DNA from: Octopus sinensis
Lineage: Eukaryota
NCBI RefSeq assembly: GCF_006345805.1
Contig: NC_043000.1
Coordinates: 130,882,001 to 130,946,000 of the forward strand
Direction: 5' to 3'
Length of the DNA stretch: 64,000 bases
Part shown: positions 1 through 12,918 of the stretch, in pieces
Position numbering within the stretch: position 1 is the first letter of the stretch
Layout: each line of letters starts with the position of its first letter
The notes under the pieces: model-generated
What the model saw: the letters and a program-made list of their open reading frames with translations, nothing else
Database searches by the model: none
Told to the model about the DNA's origin: nothing
Program-made: the position numbers and the translations under genes

Positions 1-284
1 ACAGGACTTATTCTTTTGTAAGCCTAGTACTTATTCTATCGGTCTCTTTGCCGAACTGCTAAGTTACGGGGAGCCTAAACACACCAGCATCGGTTGTCAA
101 GCGATGTTTGGGGAGACATATACATATATACGACGGGCTTCTTTCAGTTTCCGTCTACCAAATCCACTCACAAGGTTTTTGTTGGCTCGAGGCTATAGAA
201 GACACTTGCCCAAGGTGCCATGGAGTGGGACTGAACCCGGAACCATGTGGTTGGTAAGCAAGCTACTTACCACACAGCCACTCC
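1..284 (-). mobile_element. tRNA-derived SINE family A (partial; internal microsatellite type)
   Basis: Matches the other family-A copies (14145-14620, 46915-47377, 54062-54491); tRNA-like head GGAGTGGCTGTGTGGTAAGTAGCTTGCTTACCAACCACATGGTTCCGGGTTCAGTCCC on the minus strand. Confidence 0.85.
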
Positions 285-773
285 ACTAGAATAACCTTTC
301 GCATTATTATGTTCACGCAAAACGCACTCCGTACTTCTCCAATGTATTAAACTAACACAGTAACCAACTCTGTCAACTGTACCGCGGTCAACTACTGACA
401 GTTTCTGTATTTTATTGAAATTCGTTAGTCCACTTTCAGTCACGTGGGAGTGGTCAGAATCCTTCCACAATAGATATACACTAGTATCATCTCTAAAGAG
501 GATAAGTACGTCTAGACCAAGGTTCACCAAACTTTTTCGACCATCGATCCCCTTTAGCCACTTTTCCTTCCGTGTCGACCACCCTCCTCCTTTAAAATTT
601 CTTAATACCCTACCATGCCGTACCGTATCTTAAATGCGTACCGGGTACTGATGTGGGAAATTACAATGTTAGCTAAAATATACATAAATGACAAATTAAG
701 AAATTCTATTGAAGATGACAAACTTTTCACATTTAAAACTACGTGTACGTGTATACAGTATTAGACTTTCAGT

Positions 774-1157
774 GGAGGCGCAATGGCCCAGTGGTTAGGG
801 CAGCGGACTCGCGGTCGTAGGATCGCGGTTTCGATTCCCAGACTAGGCGTTGTGAGTGTTTATTGAGCGAAAACACCTAAAGCTCCATGAGGCTCCGGCA
901 GGGATGGTGGTGATCCCTGCTGTACTCTTTCACCGCAACTTTCTCTCACTCTTATTTCCTGTTTCTGTTGTACCTGTATTTCAAAGGGCCGGCCTTGTCA
1001 CTCTCTGTGTCACGCTGAATATCCCCGAGAACTACGATAAGGGTACACGTGTCTGTGGAATGCTCAGCCACTTACACGTTAATTTCACGAGCAGGCTGTT
1101 CAGTTGATCGGATCAACCGGAACCCTCGTCGTCGTAACCGACGGAGTGCTTCCATCC
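774..1157 (+). mobile_element. tRNA-derived SINE (head 1 + tail X)
   Basis: A/B-box-like head GGAGGCGCAATGGCCCAGTGGTTAGGG...GGTTTCGATTCCC; 14-bp TSD ATTAGACTTTCAGT at 760-773 and 1158-1171. Confidence 0.9.
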
Positions 1158-1268
1158 ATTAGACTTTCAGTTTTTATAAAATTGTTTTCACGGTTAAAAA
1201 AAGTAAAAACGCATCATGTTACTGTAATATCTATTATAGAAATTGACAACATCAATGTAAGGGATGGT

Positions 1269-1570
1269 GGAAGCACATAGCCTAGTGGTAAGAGCAGCGG
1301 ACTCGCGATCGAGGGATCTCTGGTTCGCATCTCAGACCGGTTGGTGTGTGTGTTTATGAGCGAAACACCTAAGCTCCACGCGGCTCCGGCAGAGGGTAAT
1401 GGTGAAACTTCTGTTGACTCTTTCGCCCCAACATTCTCTCAATCTTTTCTCCTGCATCTTGCAACTCACCTGCGACGGACCGGCATTCCGTTCAGGTGGA
1501 GAACCTATATGCCAAGGAAACCGGGAAACCAGCCCTAATGAGCCAGGCGTGGATCGAGAAGGAACAAACA
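1269..1570 (+). mobile_element. tRNA-derived SINE (head 1 + V-like tail)
   Basis: Head and body homologous to 774-1157, but 3' part CTGCGACGGACCGGCATTCCGTTCAGG...GAAACCGGGAAACC is shared with the 3690 copy. Confidence 0.75.
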
Positions 1571-2316
1571 ATGGGGACGAGCATGGTGCTAAGTATTTCA
1601 AGAAGTTCATCTGATGAGTTGTTCTTTCGCACGCTGACCCTCATTCGACACCTTGGCTATCATCGACCCCTTGTAATACCTTGACAACCGCTAGGGGGTC
1701 ACTCGGATCCCCTTCGGCGACGCCTGGTCTACACCCAGACCCAAATATAATGAAATTCACATTCTGTTTCATTGGGTGTAAATATGTCCAAACAAACAAA
1801 TTTAACATTAAAATTAACCATCAGGCAGACGCTATTATAATAGTAAAATGTTTCCAGTATAGACACAAGGCCAGCCTTTTCCTTTTTCCTTTCAATTTAT
1901 TTTACTTTTCGATGACCAAGTCGATCACATCGACTCCAATACTTCATTGATATTTCATTTTATCGAACCTGAAAGGACGAAAGGCAACGTTGACCTTTGG
2001 TTGAACTCAATCTGAACTCAAAATGCAGATTTGTTTCGCCATCCCTACTACGCCCATCCCCACGACCACTGCTACTGTTACTTATATCTTGTAAGCATGT
2101 AATTAAATGATTGGTCAGGAAATTAATAGAGAGGCAATTATATAATGATTTATATAAAAGTATGTTTGTGTTTCGCTACGCATAATGATATATATATATA
2201 TAGGGAGAATTCACAAAAAACAAAAAATGAAGACAGATGGTGTAGAAAACAAACACACATATATATATATATGTGTGTATGTGTATATATATATATATTA
2301 TATATATATATATATA

Positions 2317-2560
2317 GGGAGAATTCACAAAAAACAAAAGACGAAGACAGATGGTGTAGAAAACAAACAGATGTATTAGTATAACGCTCGGGTTTTGAAA
2401 AGTCTTTAACGTTTCGAGCCTACGCTCTTCTACAGAGCGTAGAAGAGCGTAGGCTCGAAACGTTAAATATTTTCAATTCCAGAGCGTTTTATACTATTAC
2501 ATCTGTTTGTTTTCTACACCACATGTCTTTGTCTTTCGTGTTTTTTTTGTGAATTCTCCC
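2317..2560. mobile_element. Fold-back small element, probably PLE-derived
   Basis: Long inverted arms; innermost 28 bp (2406-2433 / 2439-2466) are a perfect inverted repeat; extra partial left arm at 2203-2254. Confidence 0.75.
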
Positions 2561-2731
2561 CATATATCACACGCTCACGTGGTCGCACCAGTCGATCCTC
2601 TCTCCTCTCATCACCCACGAACTTCTCCACTAGACTTCTACCTTTCTACCCTTTACGGATTCTCTTTAGGACTTTCTACACTCCGGCTGCACCTCTCCTG
2701 CCTATGGATTAGACTAGACTCTTCTGTATAC

Positions 2732-2774
<43 letters not shown>

Positions 2775-2949
2775 TACATATATGTGCAGGTATGTGCATA
2801 TACGCACATACACACATATGTATACGCTTAGAGAGAGGTAGAGAGAGAAACGCACACACAGTATGTGCGTATGTCAATTGGTTGGATGTCCCCGTGCAAG
2901 AGCGTGTATGCATGTTGTTGCTATTCTGTCAATGTTATTCATTTCTATT

Positions 2950-3142
2950 CTAGGCACAAGGTCCGAAATTTTGCGGGAGAGGGGGCCATTCGATTAGATT
3001 GACGCAAGTACGCAACTGGTATTTAATTTATCGACCCGAATAGAATGAAAGGCAAAGTCGACCCCGGCGGAATTTGAACTCAGAACGTAAAACCAGACGA
3101 AATAACGCTAAGCATTTCACCCGGCGTGCTAACGTTTCTGCC
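2950..3142 (-). mobile_element. SINE family B (diverged)
   Basis: Reverse complement of GGCAGAAACGTTAGCACGCCGGG...GAGTTCAAATTCCGCCG...GTCGACTTTGCCTTTCAT, seen intact at 18133. Confidence 0.75.
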
Positions 3143-3689
3143 TTATTCTTTCAATGCTATTATTACTAGTTCTACACTGGCTACGCATGTGTGCGAGTTT
3201 GTTTAGGCGTGTGTATTCTTACTTTAGATAGTATTCATTATGTAATAATAAATCGACGTATGTGCGTATGATGTGAACATGTATTTATACACCAAAGTGT
3301 AGGCAAAGTAAAACTCATACGATGCATAAGTGCTCAAAATGTATTGTACATATTAATCGTCAAACTTGAGCGTATGAATACTCCAAAATCTCATTTAACA
3401 TATTTCGTTTTTGGATTTGGTTTGCAAGATTCTTTATATGAGTTCGTGTGTTGAAGCATATTCTGATGTGTCTGGGAAGAGTCATTTTCTTTTTGTGCCT
3501 TATAATGTAACACACTCACCGGTAAAATTTCCACTTGTTTCTTATTTCAATTTTCCTAAAATTTTCGTTGCGTCTTGCAACCTTTTCTTGACTCATTTAA
3601 CATAGATAAACGGTCAACAAGTGTAAAACGTTATGGACTAATTTAAACGGCGAACTGTTAAATTTTTGTAGTAGTACTTTATTATGAGT

Positions 3690-3940
3690 GGAGGCGCGTG
3701 GCTTAGTGGTTAGGGTGTCAGCATCATGATCGTAAGATTATGGTTTCGATTCCTGGACCGGGCGACGCGTTGTCTTCTTGAGCAAAACACTTCATTTCAC
3801 GTTGCTCCAGTCCACACTCAGCTGGCAAAAATGAGTAACGCTGCGATGGACTGGCGTCCCGTCCAGCTGGGGAACACATACTCCATAGAAACCGGAAAAC
3901 CGGACCCATGAGCCTGGCTAGGCTTCAAAAAGGGCGTATT
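3690..3940 (+). mobile_element. tRNA-derived SINE (head 2 + V-like tail)
   Basis: Head GGCGCGTGGCTTAGTGGTTAGGG...GGTTTCGATTCCTGG; tail CTGCGATGGACTGGCGTCCCGTCCAG...AGAAACCGG resembles the V-SINE conserved domain. Confidence 0.75.
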
Positions 3941-4304
3941 TGTTTTTATTTTATTTTTTATGGGAATTAGGTAGTTCAGGCTAAATAGCGATGTGTTTTC
4001 TTAAAAATATTGTTTACAATGTTTCATCAAACGAAATATTTTATCAAAGCGATTGATAAACACCTACATACTCCAAAACTACGCACACACAAAGCCATTT
4101 TGCGTAATTAAGTGACCATCATGGATAGAAAATTATAGACTAATTTAAACTGGTAAACAATTTAAAGTAGTGCTTTGTTCTGTGTAGGAATCATGTATTT
4201 AAAGGAAAAGTGGTGATTTCTTTTATACTTAAAAACATCATTTACAATGTCATCAAAGCGACTGATGTACACATGCACTAACACATACATACTCACAATA
4301 CACA

Positions 4305-4564
4305 CACACAGACAGATAGATAGAGAGACAGACAGACAGACAGACAAACTGAAAGACAGATGAACGGACGGACGGACGGACGGACGGACGGACGGACGGA
4401 CGGACGGACGGACGGACGGGTGAGTGGATGGATGGCTGAATGAATGGATGGATGGAGGGATGGATGGATGGATGGACAGACAGACAGACAGACAGACTGA
4501 CAGACAGACTGACAGACAGACAGACAGACAGACAGCTAGACAGACAGACAGCTAGATAGACAGA

Positions 4565-4597
<33 letters not shown>

Positions 4598-4711
4598 GGA
4601 CGGACGGACGGACGGACGGATGGATGGATGGATGGATTGATGGACAGACAGACAGTCGAGCGGTTGGACGGGCGGACAGACATACAGCCGGATACACAGA
4701 CTGACAGACTT

Positions 4712-4760
<49 letters not shown>

Positions 4761-4781
4761 CAGACAAACAGACAGACAGAC

Positions 4782-4865
<84 letters not shown>

Positions 4866-4866
4866 T
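4305..4866. repeat. Compound tetranucleotide microsatellite (GACA/GACG/GATG/GATA)
   Basis: Consecutive blocks of related 4-mers seen directly. Confidence 0.95.
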
Positions 4867-5430
4867 CAAATGATACTGAAGAATGTGTATTTTTGTACGC
4901 GTATTGTGCTAAAAGCGTGGTATTATATCCAGGGAAATATATAATATAAATATATTATTTTAAAACATATGCAGTGTGTTATTTTCACGTATCTTTATGT
5001 TTGTATTGCCCCATACGTTCCTCTATGATAGCTCTATATTCGATTCAGTTCTGTCATGTGCAGATTCATTTGTCATTCTTAGTGAATTCTGAATGAAACT
5101 ATTCTCGCTTTATTTCTGAAATAATTTCTATGACAAATACATACGCATGCACACGCAATATATAATCATTTATACGTGGCATTTTTTTTTTTTTTCAGTT
5201 TGTGTTTCGATGCGTTCAATATATACAGTGTTAGATGTGTGTAGAATTTACTGGAATTGTGCTTTCGTATTCTGGATAATTTCCTTTCCCCTAATAATTT
5301 ATTGCTTTGAATTACCTCATAACTAAAAGTTTACGGATGGTTAACTGCCGTCAAACGCCAGAAAGTGTTGGATATGAGAAAATAGCCCGAAATTTATAAC
5401 ACGCACAGACACATATTTACATATATACAT

Positions 5431-6078
5431 CACTGTCAGCAGTGATTTGCGTTGGTCAAAGCATATCTCTAAGATTGTCAGGAAGGCCGAGGGTGTCTTG
5501 GCATCACTCAGCAGGTCTTTTGTTAGCCGCTCTCCAGCCATCTATTTAAAACTGTATACAGCTATGGTACGACCACACTTGGAATTCGCATCATCAGTTT
5601 GGAACCCCTATCTTGCACAGAACATTGACCTCCTGGAATCTGTCCAGAGACGTGCAACCAAACGCATACCCCCATCAGACACCTACCATATTCTGAGCGC
5701 CTTGTTTCCCTGGGCATGGATTCACTGAAGCTCCGGCGTCTGGCGACGGACTTGGTAAACACCCACAAAGTTATCAACCACCTCACCAACAACAACACTG
5801 AACACCTTTTTGATCTCCATGTGTCTAACACACGTGGACATGCCTACAAAGTCAGAAAACAATACAGCTCCCATGACTTTCGGAAACATTTTTTCACGCT
5901 CAGAGTTGCTGAAGCATGGAATAAACTGCCTGCGTCAGTTGTTGACTGCCATGACACTGCATCTTTTAAGGCCCTCATGCTTTCCGAAATCCGCCGAAAC
6001 TACACCTGATTATATATACACTTTAGATGAGTTGTAGTGCACCTGAGCACTGTACACAATTATTATTATTATTATATT
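5431..6078 (+). mobile_element. 5'-truncated CR1/L2-group LINE, RT C-terminus and 3' end
   Basis: ORFs 5447-5728 and 5716-6009 carry LYTAMVRPHLEFASSVWNP, LESVQRRATK, TRGH, FFTLRVAEAWNKLP; (TTA)n tail. Confidence 0.9.
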
Positions 6079-6339
6079 CTCATACGTACATATGCATTTA
6101 CATATATGTGTACCTCTGTGTGTGTGTGTGTTGTGTGTGTGTGTGTGTATGTGTGTGCGTGTATGTGTGTATGCGTGTGGGGGTGGGGGGGGGTTCTCGC
6201 ACTAGTGTGCGTTTGTAATATTATATCTATAATATATCTCTATAAGCGTATTTAGTACACTAAACTAAGACAACCACCATACATACTAAAACATATATAT
6301 TCAGGTATTAATGTGTTGTGCGCGCGCGTATATGTGTGT

Positions 6340-6358
6340 GTGTGTGTATCTATGCATG

Positions 6359-6403
<45 letters not shown>

Positions 6404-6456
6404 ATATATATGTATGTATGTATTTGTGTATGTATTTATGTATGTATGTATGTATG

Positions 6457-6495
<39 letters not shown>

Positions 6496-6538
6496 TATAT
6501 ATATATTTATGTATGTATGTATTATGTATGTATGTATG

Positions 6539-6574
<36 letters not shown>

Positions 6575-6585
6575 TGTATGTATGC

Positions 6586-6625
<40 letters not shown>
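6340..6625. repeat. (TA)n/(TATG)n microsatellite
   Basis: Seen directly. Confidence 0.95.
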
Positions 6626-6627
<2 letters not shown>

Positions 6628-9242
6628 CTAGCTGAATGACCCGGCGTTCTTATTCAGATTAGTAAACAATAAATATGAAGATTTTTTTTTTTCCTCATAA
6701 TTATTTCAAAATATCTATATTTTATTTTAAAATATCCTAATTTTAATGATAATAGAACTTAGAACTGAAGATTTATCAATCTTGAAACACCTCAGAGTAA
6801 GCAATATTCCTTGGGTAACTTTTTTGTTGGTGTCCAAATAAATAAATCGTTGCTGCTTCCAACTCGTGAGCACGTAACATAGATTTGGCCGTGGGAGAAG
6901 CAAATCGTAGAGACGTCAATTCCAACTATATTGAGGGATTGACCCTGAGATTTGTTAATTGAAATACCAAAACTTAGTTTGACTGGAAACTGAAGCGTCT
7001 TGAATTCAAATGGAACATCTGCAGGTATGAGAGGAATTTTGGGAATAAAGACATTTTCTCCCATGTGACTACCTGTTATTGTTTCCTCTAGGACATGGGG
7101 CTTCATGGAAGTAATAATTAACTGAATTCCATTACACAGGCAAGGTGGGTAGGGATTCCTAAGCAACATAATGGGAGAACTCAGCTTTAATGTCAAGTTA
7201 TAGGTGGCATTCTAGTAGGTTTAAGTGTGTTCAGAAATTCAACAGGTCATTGAACAGCCTGACCTTGATCGACTGTTCTGTCAATTGATCGAAAAGTCAT
7301 TTCTGAAGAAGTTTATGATTGAGTTTATCAACCATTTCATTAGTTGAAGCCAGTATAGTTCTTTCACATTGCCAATTTACATCAATGGAATTGATAGATA
7401 AATTAGGAAATACTTAATCCATAAGATCCATAAGAGAAAGTACCATTTGACCGCATGTAATTTCATGTAGCTGAAGTCTAAGGTTGAACGTTAATATCCC
7501 ATTACCAATCTTAAGAAGCTCCAGCTGTATGAAGTACTCTCATGTTGCTTGTAAGGTGAAGCTTTCTCACATGTCTCCAAGGGTACAATTTTTTTAAGCA
7601 TGCATTGGCCTCATCAGCTTTTGATCCTTTGGGTATAACTGGCAAGCTTTGACGAAAATCTCCTGCAAGAACTGTTACTCCTATTGTTTTTTATGTCTTG
7701 GGGGGGGGGGGTAGGGTCAAGTGCCTCTAGAGCTCCATGGTGTGACAGTACACTCAACCCAAACAATGAGGCAAGTTTGTTGGAGAACTGTTGCCATTGC
7801 AGAGCTTTTGGAAATGCCCCACATTTGAGATTTGCAAAGTTTAGAGGGAGCTTGGTCAGTCAACATACAAAATTTCGCACAAATATGCACTCACATACAC
7901 AAACGCTCTCACATACACTCACATACATATACTAAGATAGAGACACACAGACATACATAGCTCTTCACCTTTTGTCAGTGGTCACATATGTATATGTATG
8001 TGTAGATGTGTGTGTGTCACAAATATACTCATAGATTTTCACTTCAGTTTTTTGTCAGTCGTCACATATTTATATGTATATGTAAATGTGTGTGTATGTT
8101 TAGTAACGTACCTAACGAACGCGCAAACACACACACACACACACTCATAGACACATACGCATTCATATACAAAATGTGACGTCGTAGTCGATGAGTCGTT
8201 TACTTAATTGTCTATAGTAGTTTTAGATAAAGCGTTATATTGTTTTAATCCAAATGAAAATAAAAATTATCACGCATACACTCACACACACATACACTCT
8301 CACATCCTCTCACATACATATACTAAGACAGACACACACAGACATACATTCACGCACACCTCAGGGTAACGCCCCATCTCTCTCTCTCTCTCTCTCTCAA
8401 TATCTAACACTTTAATTGTATCTCTCTCAGCATTATGGTCTATCTCTCTCCCTCTCTCTCGATGTGTGTATGTATTAGTCGACACAAAATGTATGTATAC
8501 TCACACACATACACTTGTCAGTCATCACATATGTATGTGTAGATGTGTTTAATTCTCTAAGGCTTAACATACGTAACGAACGCGCAAACACACACACACT
8601 CACAGACACATACACACTCATATACACATACGTATATGTCTGTGTAGATGTTATGTGTGTACAATTCTCTGAGGCCTAACGTACGTAACGAACGCGCAAA
8701 CACTCACAGACACATGCACAAACTCACTCATATACACATAAGTGTAGATCTGTATGTGTATATAATTCTCTGAGGCCTAACGTATGTAACGAACGCACAA
8801 ACACACACACACTCACAGACACATACGCACTCAAATACAAAATTGTGACGACGTCGTCGTCGTATAAAATGTCCTTTTCTGTAGTTGACTATAGAAAGAT
8901 TATTTTAGATAAACTGTTATATTGTTTTAAGCCAAATGAAAAAAAAGAATTACGTGTTGACACTCGCGGGGTGTAATACTATGACCTTGTGAAATTTGAT
9001 TTGATTTGATTTGGTCGAGCCGTTTGAGAATGCACAGGAAACAGACAGACAGATAGACAGACAGGCGGGAAAAAATTACATGTAGACACTCGCGGGGTGT
9101 GATACTATAACTTTGTAAAATTTCATTTGATTTGGTCGAGCCGTTTGTGAATGCATAGGAAACTGAGAGACAGATAGACAGAAGGAAAGACAGATATACA
9201 GAAGGACAGACAGACAGACAAAGAATTTTATAGAGAGAGAGA
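6628..9242 (-). mobile_element. Helitron deletion derivative with Pif1-family helicase relic
   Basis: 5' TC at 9242, 3' hairpin CTGAAT...ATTCAG + CTAG at 6628, A|T insertion site; peptides LAGDFRQSLPVIPKG (~7640-7680) and QFPVKLSFGISINKSQGQSL...FSHGQIYVTCSRV (6792-7196); internal tandem repeats 8080-9190. Confidence 0.85.
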
Positions 9243-9490
9243 TAATATAAAATAAAGCAGGAAATTGGAAAAAAATTAGTATTATCTATTCACCGTTACA
9301 CGTGTTTCATTTACTAATAGGAATTACAAGGTTTTAGACATCCTAGGAATTTCTCATTAGAAATTTTTCAAGCAGAGAAAATAAATAATGTTATATATTT
9401 TCTATTATTTAATAATATCGTTTATTTTGTATTGTTTTATTCCTGTCTGAAGAACGTCTAATAGGAAATTCCTTACATATTTATCTAATA

Positions 9491-9884
9491 CTAGCAGTAT
9501 CGTCCGGCGTTGCTCGGGTTTGTAAGGGAAATAACTATATAAGCATTTTTAGAGATGTAAAGTATAATAGCCATCTCAATATGGCTAAGCACAAAGGGGG
9601 GTGTTACTGTAGCTTTTAATGTTCTGAGATTTAATAATAAATTTTTAGAGAGTTACTTCCCTTATATATGCCAAGAATGCATTAAAAATGGGAAAAATTG
9701 ATGGTAAATTTTTTTGAAATCGTAGACTCATGGTAGACGCGCGCTAATACCCAGAAGGGCTCGATATGAATCACGACTATAAGATACCCGGTTTTGGTTA
9801 AACTGCACCGCAAAATGTGGGAGTAGTTAGGAATCTAAATCGTAGGAGACAGACAGCACACAACCTCACTTTTATATATAAAGA
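9491..9884 (-). mobile_element. Non-autonomous Helitron
   Basis: Minus strand A|TC...CCCGAGCAACGCCGGA hairpin...CTAG|T; homologous to 29324-29996. Confidence 0.85.
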
Positions 9885-11744
9885 TGTGAAGCTTTTTAAT
9901 TCCTATTAGCAAATGAAATACGTGTAATGGTGAATAAATGATACCGAAAATTTTCTAATTTCCTGTTTTGTTATACAAAAACTCTGCAAATAATACTTCT
10001 ATAATTCTCAATTTCAATATTCATTTTGACTAACAGTACATATGTATATATTTATGCATGCATACATATAATAAAAGCTTCACTGGGAATTTCGTCAATT
10101 GAAGTTCTTTAGAAACAAATAGTACGTCTGTTCGATTTGACGACTGGTACTGAATAAAGAGGTTGTCATCATTTCTAAATAAAGTTAATTGTCATTGTAT
10201 GATGAGCGAAGCTCGTTCTCATTTGTTATTTCTAATTATATGGTGTATTTGAATAACACTGACCTAACTATACCTGCTGGATGGGTGGTAGTCGAGCCAC
10301 GAATATATTACAGCAGTTCGCTTTTCCCTTATCAAAGATATAACTATCATTTAACTGCCAGCTAAAGAGCTCTCCATTGACTAATTTCTAATAACTAGTT
10401 GTAAATATTACATGAACTTTACTGAAAAATTCAAATTTTACTGGAACTTCCCCCATAGGAACAAAGCAGACTACTCTTGTTCGGTAGGTCATTGAGATAT
10501 CAATACTATGAGTGGTCAATCCAAATTGGCTACACATCGACCACTGAGATTCAGATTTATTTAAAAGCCACAACCACCACACTATTCGCTGTCAAGTGGT
10601 CGAACGTGCTTTGAGTGTCTATGAAACTATGAAACTATTACAATTCTTAGTAAATGGTAATAAAAATATTTAAACTCCACAAGATATGTTGATTGTACTT
10701 TTCTGTCGTTCGTATACACATGCACGCACATATGTGTATGTGCATAAATATTACATCAAGTTGTATGATTCTAACGTATCCCTTCTGCAATCCATTCTCA
10801 TCTGAAGATTGCTTTCAGCTATAAACTGATTAATAAGATATGAGGAAGCCTGAACTAACTTATCTTACCGCAGGTATAGCAGACTTTTCAATTTATCCAT
10901 AAACTTATTTTGTATACAGAGTAAATAGAATTAATTGCAAACATACACGTGATTGTGTGCGCGTGTGCTAGCACGTGTGTATAACTGTGCTGATTTTAGT
11001 CTAGACTGTGTATCAAAACAGAAACATAATTATAATTAAGGAGACTATCTAACGTAAACATACACGCATACACACACTCAGAAAGCAATAGCAGCAGCTA
11101 CAACGTCTAGAACATCAACAATATTTACCGACACCATTGTAATAATTATAACAACAATAGGTTTGCTTTTAGTGAATAAGTTCATAAATAAATATATAAC
11201 TACACAAATGAATTAATCATCAAATGACCATATACATATATGTATATATATATATGTATGTATATATATATATATATTACAGACAAAAAAGTAAATTTCG
11301 AACGCTATAAACAACAGAGAAATATTAGGTATTTACTATTATAAATCAGAAAAATGTTACCAGCAGGCGAATATATATATATATGGGAACTTATATATTT
11401 TATATCCTTTCAAACTTTCTCCCAGGCGTTATCCATTAGAATCCGTCTTGGCCTAACGGCCCTTAATGTTTGTCTTAGTAGTTTGTTTACTCTGTAAGTC
11501 CATCTTGCCGTTGTTTGTTTGTTCGAAGCTTTAACTCTCCACAAATTTTATATTTTCAAAATTTCTGGATGCTGCTGTTTTATGGAGGTTTCCTACCTTG
11601 TCGTTGAAAGCTCGAAATAGAGAGTAATTAACAGTCGACAACTGTGGAAAGGTTATACTTCTTTTGGTATTTTATCCCGTACGTGTCTCTCATTATGTGT
11701 TTACGCATTTTTCACTCGTTTGTGATGACCTATACTTGATGTAT

Positions 11745-12784
11745 TATATATATATATATATAAAACTGAGAATGCGTGTCTGTCTGTCTGTCTGTGTGTT
11801 TCCCTAAAACTTGAGAACTACACAACCAATTTCATTCAAATTTTACACATGCCTTACTTAGGGTCCATGTAGTTTCATGGGCAAAACAAATGTTCAACTT
11901 CTTGCCTAGAGCGAGCCCATTGCAATATCATATCTTCTCCACTATTTCAGTATTACGTGTCAAAAGTGAAACAAAAACATTTCTCTATTTTATGTCAGAT
12001 ACTTTCACTTTAACAATAAAAATAATAATAACAATTGAATTATATGTAGTAAGTAATAATTAGAATCAAACTAAAGTATAATATAATCGTAACATAACAA
12101 AAGTAAAAATAGCAATTGGTATAAAATTGCATCAATGACTTGAACTTGAATAAGTGGTTTCACATGAATGGGAATAAATTAAAAAATAAAATTAGCGTGC
12201 AGAAATGGAATAGTCCAGATGGATAATAAAAAATTAAATTAAAGAAAAGACTATTGTCTATAAAGTATACAATGTAGAGAAAAAAGAAGATTTGAACACC
12301 TAGAGGAAAGCACCATCGAAAAGTTTCTTGGTGCGACTATGAAAGATATCTAACCAGAGGCGGTAAATTCGCCACAATAGAAAAAAGGTTCGAGTCAACG
12401 GAGCGTGCAAGGGAGTACTCGACTCGAACTTGCAAAGTGGAAATATTTTATTTTTACCTTTATATCTGGGACGTTGGACGTGACGGATAAAAATTAAAAA
12501 TACCCCCTCCCCAGAAGTTGAGGTCGGCTGGATTGTAGCCACTCTTCTATACAAGAGGGAGGACAAGATATAATTCATCGAAATTGCAAGAGACGGGCTT
12601 ACAATTCGAGTCTGTTATATATTTGAGTATTGTTATCACTAGCGATATCAAGATATAACTTTGTATTTTGTATTTTATGTGTAGATGTATATATATAGAT
12701 GTACATGTAATATGTACACATATATATACACATATATACATGCACTAGCACTATGACCCGGCAACGACGGGTCATAATGATAGT
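11745..12784 (+). mobile_element. Non-autonomous Helitron (~1 kb)
   Basis: 5' TATAAAACTGAGAATG(TCTG)n start; 11760-12225 is the reverse complement of 30535-31012; 3' hairpin TATGACCCG/CGGGTCATA. Confidence 0.7.
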
Positions 12785-12918
12785 ATGTATATATATATAT
12801 AGGACAAGACAAGGCAGAAATAATGATTATTACATAAGCAAAGTAACTAATTAGAAAATCTCTATAAGAGATGAAATTAGTAACTGTACTGCGAAGTAAT
12901 GATTGTCGCCTCTTCAAC

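Larger units (their letters stand above)
518..1726. mobile_element. hAT (Charlie-type) non-autonomous DNA transposon with two nested SINEs
   Basis: Imperfect TIRs CAAGGTTCACCAAA and TTCGGCGACGCCTG; 8-bp TSD GTCTAGAC (510-517) / GTCTACAC (1727-1734), the Charlie-type target. Confidence 0.7.

Noticed and set aside
774-850. tRNA-like sequences here and at other SINE heads as tRNA genes
   Set aside because: They continue into SINE bodies and tails, often with TSDs, and do not form complete cloverleaves.
1611-1660. CTGATGA motifs here and at 17233 and 45787
   Set aside because: No stem II followed by GAAA, so not hammerheads.
8080-9190. Spaced direct repeats as a CRISPR-like array
   Set aside because: Eukaryotic context; the spacers are similar CA-rich sequence inside a Helitron; no cas genes.
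9340-9480. Degenerate inverted repeat containing CTGAAGA...GAAA
   Set aside because: Stems II and III cannot be formed convincingly in this copy.
10274-10483. Short open frames near splice-like signals (KLVNGELFSWQLNDSY... minus; CKYYMNFTEKF... plus)
   Set aside because: Weak acceptors, no recognisable homology, and candidates on both strands overlap.
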